64,000 bases of DNA, taken from contig CAWHJD010000014.1 of NCBI GenBank assembly GCA_963829585.1, positions 22,146 to 86,145 of the forward strand. Reading direction: 5' to 3'. Positions 27,146 to 35,932 of the stretch are shown here, one piece after another (the stretch's first letter is position 1; the number at the start of each line of letters is the position of its first letter). The DNA comes from Ilumatobacteraceae bacterium. GTDB taxonomy: Bacteria; Actinomycetota; Acidimicrobiia; Acidimicrobiales; Ilumatobacteraceae. The notes beneath the pieces are model-generated. The model ran no database searches. It was not told where the DNA came from and worked only from the letters and a program-made list of their open reading frames with translations. A program made the translations under genes and the position numbers.

Positions 27146-27726
27146 GGCGCTCCCGACTCACTCGAGGCCCCGAGGCCGACCGACGGCCCGGGGGCGGCGG
27201 CCACACCGGGTGGCGGCGGGGGCGGCGGAGGTGTAGGTGGCGGCGGCGGAACGGGCGTGGACACATGCCCATCGCCGGATTCACCTGACGGCGGGAGCGG
27301 CGGCAACGTCGGCGGCGAGCCGGGGGTCGCAACGACGTCGTAGCCGGGGTCGACGATGCCGTGGTGCGGGATCGGATGGGGGTCGTGACCGTTGCCGGAC
27401 GGCGATGCCGCGTCGAGCGGAGCGGTGAGGGCCGGGTCCGATGCCACGGCATCGGCGTCGTCGCGGAGCCGCTGTTCGGCCTCGGCCTCGGCCATCAGCT
27501 TCGAGGGATCGGCGGCGTCGCGCACCATGTTGGCGGTGTTGCGCATCTCGCGCATCGGCTCGTCGAATGCGTTCTTGATCTCGGACTGGAAACCGCTGCC
27601 CATCTTCTTGAGCTCGTTGTACGTCTGCATGAATCGCCGCACGGCATCGGGAAGACGCTCGGGTCCGAGCACCACGAGCGCGATCAGCAGGATGACGATG
27701 ATCTCGCTGCCCTGCAGATTGAACAC
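27142..27726 (-). CDS. tatA: TatA/TatB/TatE-family translocase protein with a long Pro-rich tail
   Basis: GTG start. MFNLQGSEIIVILLIALVVLGPERLPDAVRRF, an amphipathic helix, then about 130 aa ending ...STPVPPPPPTPPPPPPPPGVAAAPG. ATGA overlap with tatC. Confidence 0.85.
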   Translation of the reverse strand: MFNLQGSEIIVILLIALVVLGPERLPDAVRRFMQTYNELKKMGSGFQSEIKNAFDEPMREMRNTANMVRDAADPSKLMAEAEAEQRLRDDADAVASDPALTAPLDAASPSGNGHDPHPIPHHGIVDPGYDVVATPGSPPTLPPLPPSGESGDGHVSTPVPPPPPTPPPPPPPPGVAAAPGPSVGLGASSESGAP

Positions 27727-27761
27727 GGGGGAAGTCTACGGGGCTGCCATCATGGTCAGGA

Positions 27762-28502
27762 GTGCAACAGCGTCTGCCCTCCCTGCTCGATCCGCCGATC
27801 ACGTTCGCTCATCGCGGGGCGCGTGCCCACGCGCCCGAGAACACCCTCGAGGCCTTCTCGCTGGGCCTGAAGCTCGGTGCGTCGGGCCTGGAGAGCGATG
27901 TCTGGCTGACCGCAGACGGCGTCGCCGTGCTCGATCACGACGGGGTGGTCAAGCGTGGACTGCGCAAGCGTCCGATCAAGGAGTTCCGCCGCGACGAACT
28001 TCCGGCGCACATTCCGACGCTCGCCGAACTGCTGCACACGTGCGGCACCGACTACTCGATGTCGCTCGATCTCAAGGATCCCGACAGTGCAGTGCGCATC
28101 GTCGAGACGGTCCGCGACATCGACGCCGACATGCTCGAACGCACCTGGCTCTGTGAACCGCGCCTGGAACGAGTTCTCGAACTGCGGGCGATGTTCGACG
28201 TGGGAGGACGCATCCCGATCCGTCTGCTCCAGACGACACGCCTCGAGTGGATCAAGGGAGGGGCGGAACGACGCGCCGACTACCTCTCCCGCCACGGCAT
28301 CGACGGGATCAACCTCCACCGCACCGACTGGAACGGCGGACTCGTGGCGCTCTTCCACCGGTTCGGGCTGGTGGCGTTCGGATGGGACCTCCAGCACGAG
28401 CACGATCTTCGGCCTGCGCTGCGGATGGGTCTCGACGCCGTCTACAGCGACGACGTCGACGTGATGATCGATGCCTTCATCGCCGAGATCGGCGCGCCCT
28501 GA
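27762..28502 (+). CDS. glycerophosphodiester phosphodiesterase family protein
   Basis: Intact 246 aa. ITFAHRGARAHAPENTLEAF (HRG...ENT), ESDVWLTADGVAVLDHD. Confidence 0.8.
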   Translation: MQQRLPSLLDPPITFAHRGARAHAPENTLEAFSLGLKLGASGLESDVWLTADGVAVLDHDGVVKRGLRKRPIKEFRRDELPAHIPTLAELLHTCGTDYSMSLDLKDPDSAVRIVETVRDIDADMLERTWLCEPRLERVLELRAMFDVGGRIPIRLLQTTRLEWIKGGAERRADYLSRHGIDGINLHRTDWNGGLVALFHRFGLVAFGWDLQHEHDLRPALRMGLDAVYSDDVDVMIDAFIAEIGAP

Positions 28503-28517
28503 CGTCGCTGGTCGCTC

Positions 28518-29132
28518 TCAGAGCCACTGCCAGTGACTCTGCGGCCAGAACACGACGAAGGCCCGACCGACGAGATCGTCCTCGTCGATCGTTCCGATCA
28601 CCCGTGAGTCCTGCGATCCGCCTCGATTGTCGCCCATCACGAAGACGTGATCCTCCGGCACGGGACCGTCGAGGCTGTAGTCGCCACCGCAATCGGTGGG
28701 AGTGACCACCTCGGGGTCGAGATAGGGCTCGTTGAGCACCCGACCGTCGATCAGGACGGTGCAGTTGCGGATCTCGACCGTCTCGCCCGGCAGCGCGATG
28801 ACCCGCTTGATCAGGTCACGTTCCGACGCCCCGGTGATCTGGTGCAGCACGACGACGTCGCCTCGGTTGGGATCGTGGAGGCGATACGACAGCTTGTTGA
28901 CGAACACCCTGTCGCCGGTCTCCAACGTCGAGTACATCGACGATCCCTCGACGACGAAATGGGCGAGCACGAACGTGCGCACGACGAAGGCGACCAGGAG
29001 CGCGACGGCGATGACGATGACCCAGTCGAAGAACGCCCGGGCGCTCGACGTGCGCTTGTCGGTGGTGGGCGGAACACCGGGCGCGCCGTCGGGATCGTCG
29101 GCCGGGCGCGGGATGGTCGTCTCCGAGGTCAC
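28518..29132 (-). CDS. lepB: signal peptidase I
   Basis: VVEGSSMYSTL (catalytic Ser), DLIKRVIALPGE (Lys), FVMGDNRGGSQDSR. Start is GTG 29132, or the ORF start at 29183. Confidence 0.85.
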   Translation of the reverse strand: MTSETTIPRPADDPDGAPGVPPTTDKRTSSARAFFDWVIVIAVALLVAFVVRTFVLAHFVVEGSSMYSTLETGDRVFVNKLSYRLHDPNRGDVVVLHQITGASERDLIKRVIALPGETVEIRNCTVLIDGRVLNEPYLDPEVVTPTDCGGDYSLDGPVPEDHVFVMGDNRGGSQDSRVIGTIDEDDLVGRAFVVFWPQSHWQWL

Positions 29133-29205
29133 GAGATGCCAACGGTAACCGCCGCACGGCCCGCCGCATCGCCGGCACGGCAATCTCGGGGATGGGTCCG
29201 TGATC

Positions 29206-30564
29206 TCAGAGCGACTCGATCAGCCGTTCGACGCGCTCGTCGCGGCTCTTGAACGGGTCCTTGCACAGCACCGTGCGTTGGGCCTGGTCGTTGAGCTTGA
29301 GATGCACCCAGTCGACCGTGTAGTCACGCTTGCGTTCCTTGGCCCGCTTGACGAAGTCGCCACGCAGCCGAGCGCGGGTGGTCTGCGGAGGCACGTCGAC
29401 GGCCTGGGCGATGTCGTCATCGGTGCAGATCCGTTCGATGAGTCCGCGGTCCTGGAGCTTGTAGAACGGGCTGCGGGCGCGCGACACGTCGTGATACTGC
29501 AGGTCGAGCAGCTGCACCCGTGGGTGTCCGAACGGAAGATCGTGACGGGCGCGGTACGCCTCGAGCAGCTTGTACTTGATCACCCAGTCGACCTCGCGGT
29601 CGAGCAGCAGCGGATCCTTCTCGATGGTGGTGATGCAGTGCTCCCACATCTCCAATGCCTTCTGCTCCAGTGGAGGGAAGCCCTGGGAGTCGGCGTAGCG
29701 CAGCGCGCGATCGAGGTATTCGCGCTGGATGTCGAGCGCAGACACCTCACGGCCGTTCGCCAGGCGAACCGTCCGACGACAGGTGATGTCGTGGCTGATC
29801 TCGCGGATCGCCCGGATCGGGTTCTCGAGCGTCATGTCGCGGAGCACGACGTTGGGGTCCTCGAGCATCCGCAGCATGCAGGCCGCAGCACCGACCTTGA
29901 GGAATCCCGTGTACTCGCTCATGTTCGAGTCGCCGACGATCACGTGGAGACGCCGATACTTCTCGGCGTCGGCGTGGGGCTCGTCGCGAGTGTTGATGAT
30001 GGGGCGGCTGCGCGTGGTGGCCGACGACACCCCCTCCCAGATGTGCTCGGCGCGCTGGGCGATCGAGTACGTCGCTCCCCTGGCGGTCTGGAGCACCTTG
30101 CCGGCGCCGGTGTAGATCTGGCGCGAGACCAGGAACGGGATCAACACCTCGGCGTAGTGACCGAGGTCGTCGTCCCGGCTGGTGAGGTAGTTCTCGTGGC
30201 AACCGTAGGAGTTGCCGGCCGAGTCGGTGTTGTTCTTGAACAGGTAGATCGTTCCGCGGATCGATTCTTCCGCCAGGCGCTGCTCGGCCGACTCGACCAG
30301 TTGTTCGAGGATGCGCTCGCCTGCCTTGTCGTGCACGATCAGCTCGTACAGCGAGTCGCACTCGGGCGTGGCGTACTCGGGGTGCGAACCGACGTCGAGG
30401 TAGAGCCGGGCCCCGTTCTGGAGGAAGACGTTCGAACTGCGCCCCCACGACACCACCCGCCTGAACAGGTATCGGGCGACTTCGTCGGGGCTGAGCCGCC
30501 GTTGGCCCCGCAGCGTGCACGTCACGCCGTACTCGTTCTCGAGTCCGTAGATGCGCCGCTCCAT
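29206..30564 (-). CDS. pafA: Pup--protein ligase PafA
   Basis: ATG at 30564: [16 protein letters not shown]...[19 protein letters not shown]...[11 protein letters not shown]...[27 protein letters not shown]. Intact. Confidence 0.9.
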   Translation of the reverse strand: MERRIYGLENEYGVTCTLRGQRRLSPDEVARYLFRRVVSWGRSSNVFLQNGARLYLDVGSHPEYATPECDSLYELIVHDKAGERILEQLVESAEQRLAEESIRGTIYLFKNNTDSAGNSYGCHENYLTSRDDDLGHYAEVLIPFLVSRQIYTGAGKVLQTARGATYSIAQRAEHIWEGVSSATTRSRPIINTRDEPHADAEKYRRLHVIVGDSNMSEYTGFLKVGAAACMLRMLEDPNVVLRDMTLENPIRAIREISHDITCRRTVRLANGREVSALDIQREYLDRALRYADSQGFPPLEQKALEMWEHCITTIEKDPLLLDREVDWVIKYKLLEAYRARHDLPFGHPRVQLLDLQYHDVSRARSPFYKLQDRGLIERICTDDDIAQAVDVPPQTTRARLRGDFVKRAKERKRDYTVDWVHLKLNDQAQRTVLCKDPFKSRDERVERLIESL

Positions 30565-30623
30565 CACCGGCAACCTAACCACATGACCGGCCCTTCGGGA
30601 CACCGGCCCTCGACGCCTGCAAC

Positions 30624-31467
30624 TCAATCCGCTGAGGATCGCGCCGCCGAGCGGAAGCGGATGGTGGAGCCGGGGCGCTTCTGGACGAGCTGCGACAAGT
30701 CGTCGGGTTCGATGACCGCGATGACGGGATAGCCACCCGTCGTGGGATGGTTGGCCAGCATGACCATCGGCTCACCGGCCGGGGTGATCTGGACGGCTCC
30801 CTCGACCAGTCCGATGCTGGGCATCTGTGGCCGCCATCGGGGGCTGCGCTCGAAGGTCCCGGCCCCGAGGCGCACACCGACCCGGCTGAGTTCGTGAGTC
30901 ACCGACCAGGTCCGATCGGTCAAGGCCTCACACCCCCCGACGAACCAGTCGTGTTGGGGGCCACTCCAGAGCCGAATCGCCCCGTCGCGTCGGCGCTGCG
31001 GTGCCAGTTCGGCGACGAGTTCGGTGCCGCGGGTCCGCCCCGGCTGTCAGGATCAGGTCGCTCGTGAGCGGCGGCGGACCGACTCCTGCGAGCGTGTCAT
31101 GGCTGCGCGAGCCGAGCACTCTGGGCGACTCGACTCCTCCACGTACGGCGAGGTAGGCCCAGACGGCATCGGCCGGCGGATCGATCTGCAGGCGATCGCC
31201 GATGTCGAGGGTGTGGCGGCTCGCGTCGGTGCTGCGCGCGACGATCACCGGCCGCATCGCCTCGATGACCAGGCCGCCCAGGGTCTCGATCGTGGCTGCG
31301 TCGGGACGGTTGCCGACGAGCCGGTTCACCTCGTCGTGGGCCCTCCGGTCGACCGGCCCCGCGGCCGGAACCCCCAGGTGCGACCAACCATGGCGGCCTT
31401 CGTCCTGGATCGTGGACGCGACTCCGACGTGCACGATCCGCAACGACGGTGCGTTCGAGGTGGTCAT
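30624..31467 (-). pseudogene. pxpC: 5-oxoprolinase subunit C (PxpC / KipA / allophanate hydrolase subunit 2 family), one frame break as sequenced
   Basis: ATG 31467 (ATGA overlap with pxpB): MTTSNAPSLRIVHVGVASTIQDEGRHGWSHLGVPAAGPVD... continues in the next frame as GTELVAELAPQRRRDGAIRLWSGPQHDWF...SRVGVRL...[17 protein letters not shown]. Junction near 31027-31033. Length 844 = 3n+1. Confidence 0.8.
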
Positions 31468-32060
31468 GCCACGCGGAAGCGCACTGCGCGTCCCGGTTGC
31501 ATCAGCGCGGGAGGGTCGTCCTCGACATTCCACAGCTCGCAGGTGGTGTGGCCGATGAGGTGCCAGCCGCCGGGTGATGCCGACGGGTAGACGCACGTGT
31601 ACCCGGCGGCCACTCCCACCGACCCCGCCGGCACCGCGGTACGAGGGCTCGATCGGCGGGGCACGTGCAGGCGCTCGTCGAGGCCACGGAGGTAGCCGAA
31701 ACCGGGGCTGAACCCGCAGAATGCGACGCGATACCGGCCGGCACTGTGGAGTCGCACGATCTCGGCGGTCGACAGACCGGTGGCCTCGGCCAGATCGGCG
31801 AGGTCGGCACCGTCGTACACCACCTCGATCGTGAGCGGCTCGGCGGCCGACGTGCCGGTGGGAACAGACTCGATCACCTTCAGCATCGGCCCGAGCGCGT
31901 CGTGCTGACGCCGCGCCGTGCGCACCGTCACCGCGCGCTCGGAGGGGATGATCGCCTCCACGCCGGGCAACGCTGCCTCTGCGAGCCCTGCGGCCCAACC
32001 GATCGGATCCTCGAGTTCGTCGACGAGCCAGGCCCTCGGGCCGAATGGACGGAGTCGCAT
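31464..32060 (-). CDS. pxpB: 5-oxoprolinase subunit B (PxpB / KipI family)
   Basis: ATG 32060: MRLRPFGPRAWLVDELEDP...YRVAFCGFSPGFGYLRGLDERLHVPRRSSPRTAVPAGSVGVAAGYTCVYPSASPGGWHLIG. 198 aa, intact. Confidence 0.8.
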   Translation of the reverse strand: MRLRPFGPRAWLVDELEDPIGWAAGLAEAALPGVEAIIPSERAVTVRTARRQHDALGPMLKVIESVPTGTSAAEPLTIEVVYDGADLADLAEATGLSTAEIVRLHSAGRYRVAFCGFSPGFGYLRGLDERLHVPRRSSPRTAVPAGSVGVAAGYTCVYPSASPGGWHLIGHTTCELWNVEDDPPALMQPGRAVRFRVA

Positions 32061-32074
32061 CGTGGAATGCAGCC

Positions 32075-33256
32075 TCAGTGCACGCGGGCGTCGGGGAAGA
32101 TCCGCAGGAAGTTCTCGGCGTAGAACCGATCGCGTACGTCGTCGGGACGATCGCCGAGCGATCCCTCGAACCGCCCGATCGGGTCGCGTCCACCCTCGAC
32201 GTGCGGGTAGTCGCTCGAGAAGAGATAGAGGTCGGCAGCCGACTGATCCACGAGTGTTCCGACGTCCTCGAACACGTAGGGAGTGAAGGCCATCTGCTCG
32301 CGCAGCGTCTCCGACGGTGTGCGCTGCAACTCGGCGAGGTACTGATCGACCCTGCTCCAGGAGCGCACCACCCAGTCGAGCCGGGTCAGCATGGCCGGCA
32401 CCCAACCGGCACCCAGCTCGACGCAGGCACCCCGGAGTGCCGGGTGCTGCTCGAACACTCCGTCCATGATCATCACCGAGATGAACGTCTCGGGCCCCTG
32501 GTGCAACACCGCCATGTCCTTGCTGCGGATGTTCTCGCCACCGCCCATCCAGTCGCGAGCCGCCGGTCGCCCGGTGTTCGCCCATCGAGGGTCGAGCTGC
32601 AGTGGCGACCCACCCACGTGCAGGACGAAGGGTGTGCCCGACTCGGCGAGCCGCCGCCAGAACGGTGCCAGATCCACATGGCCCGGTGATCGTTCCCCCG
32701 CCGGATGATGTGGCACCCAGATGGCTTCGAGATCGGCATCGATCGCGAACTCCAGCTCGATCAACGCACTGTCGGGATCGTCGAGCGGCACGATGCCGAC
32801 GCCCATGAGCCGGTCGTCGTCGGCGCAGAACTCGCTCATCGCCCGATTGTGGGCACGGGTGGCGCCGTAACGGAGTTCGTTCGACAGCTTGCGGCTCGGC
32901 GAGAACGGGGTGGCCACACTGTGGGTCGCGAAGACGAGCTGCTTACGGAAGCCGAGCATGTCGAGTGCCACGGAGCGGTCGTCGCGGTCGAACGCACCGA
33001 GCGCCTGGATCTCCTTCGACGTGGCGATGAGCTGGTCACCGAGGGCGATCTGCGCCTCGACGTGTTCGGGTGTGTGCCGCTTGCCGTTGGCGACGATGAT
33101 CTCGACCTCCTCGTCGGTGACGAGCGAGGCTGCGTAGCTGACCTGCGGGATGTCGTCGCGGATCGCCGGGTCGGCGTGGTCGCGGAGGAAGTCGGGCAAC
33201 TCCATGATGTGGCTGTCGGCGTCGTAGAACGGCCGGTGTGCTGGCGCGTAGGTCAT
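32075..33256 (-). CDS. amidohydrolase-2 family metal-dependent hydrolase
   Basis: Intact 393 aa. FYDADSHIMELPDF (N-terminal D-x-H metal motif), VPHHPAGERSPGH, FSSDYPHVEG. Confidence 0.7.
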   Translation of the reverse strand: MTYAPAHRPFYDADSHIMELPDFLRDHADPAIRDDIPQVSYAASLVTDEEVEIIVANGKRHTPEHVEAQIALGDQLIATSKEIQALGAFDRDDRSVALDMLGFRKQLVFATHSVATPFSPSRKLSNELRYGATRAHNRAMSEFCADDDRLMGVGIVPLDDPDSALIELEFAIDADLEAIWVPHHPAGERSPGHVDLAPFWRRLAESGTPFVLHVGGSPLQLDPRWANTGRPAARDWMGGGENIRSKDMAVLHQGPETFISVMIMDGVFEQHPALRGACVELGAGWVPAMLTRLDWVVRSWSRVDQYLAELQRTPSETLREQMAFTPYVFEDVGTLVDQSAADLYLFSSDYPHVEGGRDPIGRFEGSLGDRPDDVRDRFYAENFLRIFPDARVH

Positions 33257-33289
33257 GTGGGCCCTCGATCTGCTGCCTCGGTGGCGGAG

Positions 33290-34051
33290 CTAGTCGGTGA
33301 AACGGTAGACGCCCACACCTGCAGCGTCGAGTGCCGAACGCACCGCACGCGCGAGCTCGACCGCGCCGGGCGTGTCGCTGTGCACACAGATCGAGCGGGC
33401 CCTGACACTCACGATGGTGCCGTCGACGGCGACGACCTCGTTGTCGACGGCAATGCGGACGGCGCGTCGGGCCACATCGTCGGGGTCGGTGTAGACACTG
33501 CCGGTCTCGCGACGCGCGACGAGTCCGCCATCAGGCCGATAGGCGCGATCGGCGAACGCTTCGGCAACCCCTTCGAGGCCGGCACGATCAGCAGCCCGGA
33601 GCAGTTCCGAGTCGGGCAGGCCGAGGATCGCCAGTGACGAGTCGTACTCGGCCGCGGCGTCGACCACCGCGCGAGCGAGCGTCGGATCGGTCGCAACGGC
33701 GTGGTAGAGCGCCCCGTGCGGTTTGACGTATGCGATCTCGGAGCCTCCCACCTGGGCGAACGCGTCGAGCGCGCCGAGTTGGTAGAGGACGGCATCTCGG
33801 AGCTCCGCAGGTGCCATGTCGAGGTGGCGACGGCCGAACCCGATCAGATCCGGGTACGAGACCTGGGCACCGATGGCCACATCGCACTCGACAGCTCGTG
33901 TGCACGCCGCCCGCAGGACGCTCGGATCGCCGGCATGGAACCCGCACGCCACGTTGGCGCTCGTGACGATCTCCAACATCGCGGCGTCGTCACCCATCTG
34001 CCAGACCCCGTACGACTCCCCCAGGTCACTGTTGACGTCGATGGCCACCAT
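33290..34051 (-). CDS. pxpA: 5-oxoprolinase subunit A (PxpA / LamB-YcsF family)
   Basis: Intact 253 aa. IDVNSDLGESYGVWQMGDD...NVACGFHAGDP...YVKPHGALY. Confidence 0.85.
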   Translation of the reverse strand: MVAIDVNSDLGESYGVWQMGDDAAMLEIVTSANVACGFHAGDPSVLRAACTRAVECDVAIGAQVSYPDLIGFGRRHLDMAPAELRDAVLYQLGALDAFAQVGGSEIAYVKPHGALYHAVATDPTLARAVVDAAAEYDSSLAILGLPDSELLRAADRAGLEGVAEAFADRAYRPDGGLVARRETGSVYTDPDDVARRAVRIAVDNEVVAVDGTIVSVRARSICVHSDTPGAVELARAVRSALDAAGVGVYRFTD

Positions 34052-34081
34052 CCCGCCACCCTACGCCCGCACCCTGTGCCC

Positions 34082-34144
34082 GCCGACGCGCGCCGGTGTG
34101 CGGCCGACGCGCGCCGGTGTGCGGTCGGGGCGCGCCGGTTTGCG
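34082..34144. repeat. 21-bp tandem repeat x3 (two perfect copies + one degenerate) in the prcA/pxpA intergenic region
   Basis: GCCGACGCGCGCCGGTGTGCG at 34082-34102 and 34103-34123, then GTCGGGGCGCGCCGGTTTGCG. (CAGGT)x4 follows at 34204-34223, spanning the prcA stop. Confidence 0.85.
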
Positions 34145-34212
34145 TGACAGAACCATTGGGGCGGGCCAACTGAAATCTCCCGCAAACCGAGAAGATCGGG
34201 CGGCAGGTCAGG

Positions 34213-34878
34213 TCAGGTCAGGTCGGATGCGGCGAGGCGGTGGAAGCAGCGCCGTCCGTTGGTCCGCGACAGCTCGACGACCTCGAGATCCCCGAGTGGG
34301 ATCTCCCGCTCGGGTCCTCCGAGCGCCTTCATGCCCACTGCGATCGCGGCAGCGCGGTCGAGCCCCTCGGTCCAGGTCTCGGCGAGGCGCGTACTGATGG
34401 TCTCGGCGTCGCCGCCGATCGCTGCGTAGTCGCGTTCGTCCATCACGGTTCCGTCGTACAGGATGTGGAACATCTGATCACCCTCGGCGGCGAGGCCGAC
34501 CTCGGCCACCAGGATCTCGACCTCCATCGGCTTCATCTCGTGGGTGAAGATCGTGCCGAGCATCTGGGCATAGCTGTTGGCCAGGCTGCGGGCATCGACG
34601 TCGTCGCGCGAGTACTGGTATCCCTTGAGGTCGGCGGCGCGCACCCCGGCCACACGGAGCTGGTCGAACTCGTTGTACTTGCCGACGCCGGCGAACGCGA
34701 TCCGGTCGTAGATCTCGCTCACCTTGCGCAGCGTCTCCGACGGGTTCTCGGCGACGATCACGATGCCCTCGTCGTACCGGACGGCAACCAACGCTCGACC
34801 CCGGGCGATGCCCTTGCGCGCGAAGTCGGCGCGGTCCTTCATCATCTGCTCGGGGGCGACGTAGAACGGCATGCTCAT
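34213..34878 (-). CDS. prcA: proteasome subunit alpha
   Basis: ATG 34878 overlaps the prcB stop (ATGA). MSMPFYVAPEQMMKDRADFARKGIARGRALVAV...IYDRIAFAGVGKYNEFDQLR. The upstream part of ORF 34213-35037 is out-of-frame prcB. Confidence 0.9.
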   Translation of the reverse strand: MSMPFYVAPEQMMKDRADFARKGIARGRALVAVRYDEGIVIVAENPSETLRKVSEIYDRIAFAGVGKYNEFDQLRVAGVRAADLKGYQYSRDDVDARSLANSYAQMLGTIFTHEMKPMEVEILVAEVGLAAEGDQMFHILYDGTVMDERDYAAIGGDAETISTRLAETWTEGLDRAAAIAVGMKALGGPEREIPLGDLEVVELSRTNGRRCFHRLAASDLT

Positions 34879-35672
34879 CGCGAACGCACCTCCGCCACGA
34901 TCGCTTCGTACCGCGCGGCGAGATCGTCGTCGCCGAGGCGCTGCCACCCCGTGGCGTCGATCGTGGCCACGATCGGGTAGATCCCCCGCAGCGCGTCGGG
35001 CCCACCCGTCGCCGAGTCGGCGTCGGCGGCCTCCCACAGCGAACGTGCCGCCAGATCGACCGCGTCGTCGCGCGTCATGTTCTCGTGGTAGCCGACCTTG
35101 ATGACCGTGCCGGCATGCAGGCTTCCCGACCCGGTGGCGACGTAGTCACGCTCCTCGTAGCGTCCACCGGTGGCGTCGTAGTCCCACAGGCGCCCGCACT
35201 CCCGACGGAGGTCGTACCCACCGAAGATCGGCACGACGACCATGCCCATCATCGCAGCCTGGAGATTGCCCCTGACCATCATCGACAGTTGGTTGGCCTT
35301 GCCCTCGAGGCTGATCGATGACCCCTCGACCTTCTCGTAGTGCTCGAGCTGCAGCTGGAACAGCCGGATCATCTCCATCGCGGGCCCCGCCGCACCGGCG
35401 ATGGCGACGCCGCTGTACCGGTCGGCCTGCACGACCTTCTCCATGGTGCGATGGGAGATGAGGTTGCCCGCGGTCGCCCGCCGGTCTCCCGCCATCACCA
35501 CGCCGTCGGCATAGGCGAGTGCCACACACGTGGTGGCGTGCGGCACGGCGAGATCACGCATCAGGTCGGTCGACATCCCGGTCGGAATCACGGGTGAGAG
35601 TCCGACCCGCTTCAGCAACTCCGGGAAGCTCGATCCGGGATCCTCGCCAGTGGTGAACAACGGCATCGTCAC
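34875..35672 (-). CDS. prcB: proteasome subunit beta (with propeptide)
   Basis: Intact 265 aa. Propeptide, then the catalytic Thr in ...VPHA/TTCVALAYADGVVMAGDRRAT. Confidence 0.9.
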   Translation of the reverse strand: MTMPLFTTGEDPGSSFPELLKRVGLSPVIPTGMSTDLMRDLAVPHATTCVALAYADGVVMAGDRRATAGNLISHRTMEKVVQADRYSGVAIAGAAGPAMEMIRLFQLQLEHYEKVEGSSISLEGKANQLSMMVRGNLQAAMMGMVVVPIFGGYDLRRECGRLWDYDATGGRYEERDYVATGSGSLHAGTVIKVGYHENMTRDDAVDLAARSLWEAADADSATGGPDALRGIYPIVATIDATGWQRLGDDDLAARYEAIVAEVRSR

Positions 35673-35675
35673 GGA

Positions 35676-35873
35676 TCACTGACCGCCTTTTTGCACGTAG
35701 GACTTCACGAAGTCCTCTGCGTTCGTCTCGAGTACCTCGTCGATCTCGTCGAGAAGATCGTCGAGTTCGGCCTTGAGCTTCTCGCCGGTTTCCGTCACCG
35801 CCGGAGCGGCCTCGGCAGTGGTCTCGACGTCACGGCTCGTCGCGTTCTTCGACTTCTGGGTGCGTTCTGCCAT
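35676..35873 (-). CDS. pup: prokaryotic ubiquitin-like protein Pup
   Basis: ATG 35873. 65 aa, MAERTQKSKN...GEKLKAELDDLLDEIDEVLETNAEDFVKSYVQKGGQ. The C-terminal GGQ implies Dop deamidation. Confidence 0.9.
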   Translation of the reverse strand: MAERTQKSKNATSRDVETTAEAAPAVTETGEKLKAELDDLLDEIDEVLETNAEDFVKSYVQKGGQ

Positions 35874-35932
35874 CAGTGCTTCCCTTCGCAGTGCTTGTCG
35901 GGTGGGGATGTCGGATCGATTGCGGTCGTCGT

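Noticed and set aside
28503-29205. Looked for pafB/pafC (WYL/HTH) genes next to pafA, as in mycobacteria.
   Set aside because: The flanking genes are clearly signal peptidase I and, on the other strand, a GDPD-family phosphodiesterase. No WYL-like ORF is present anywhere in the window.
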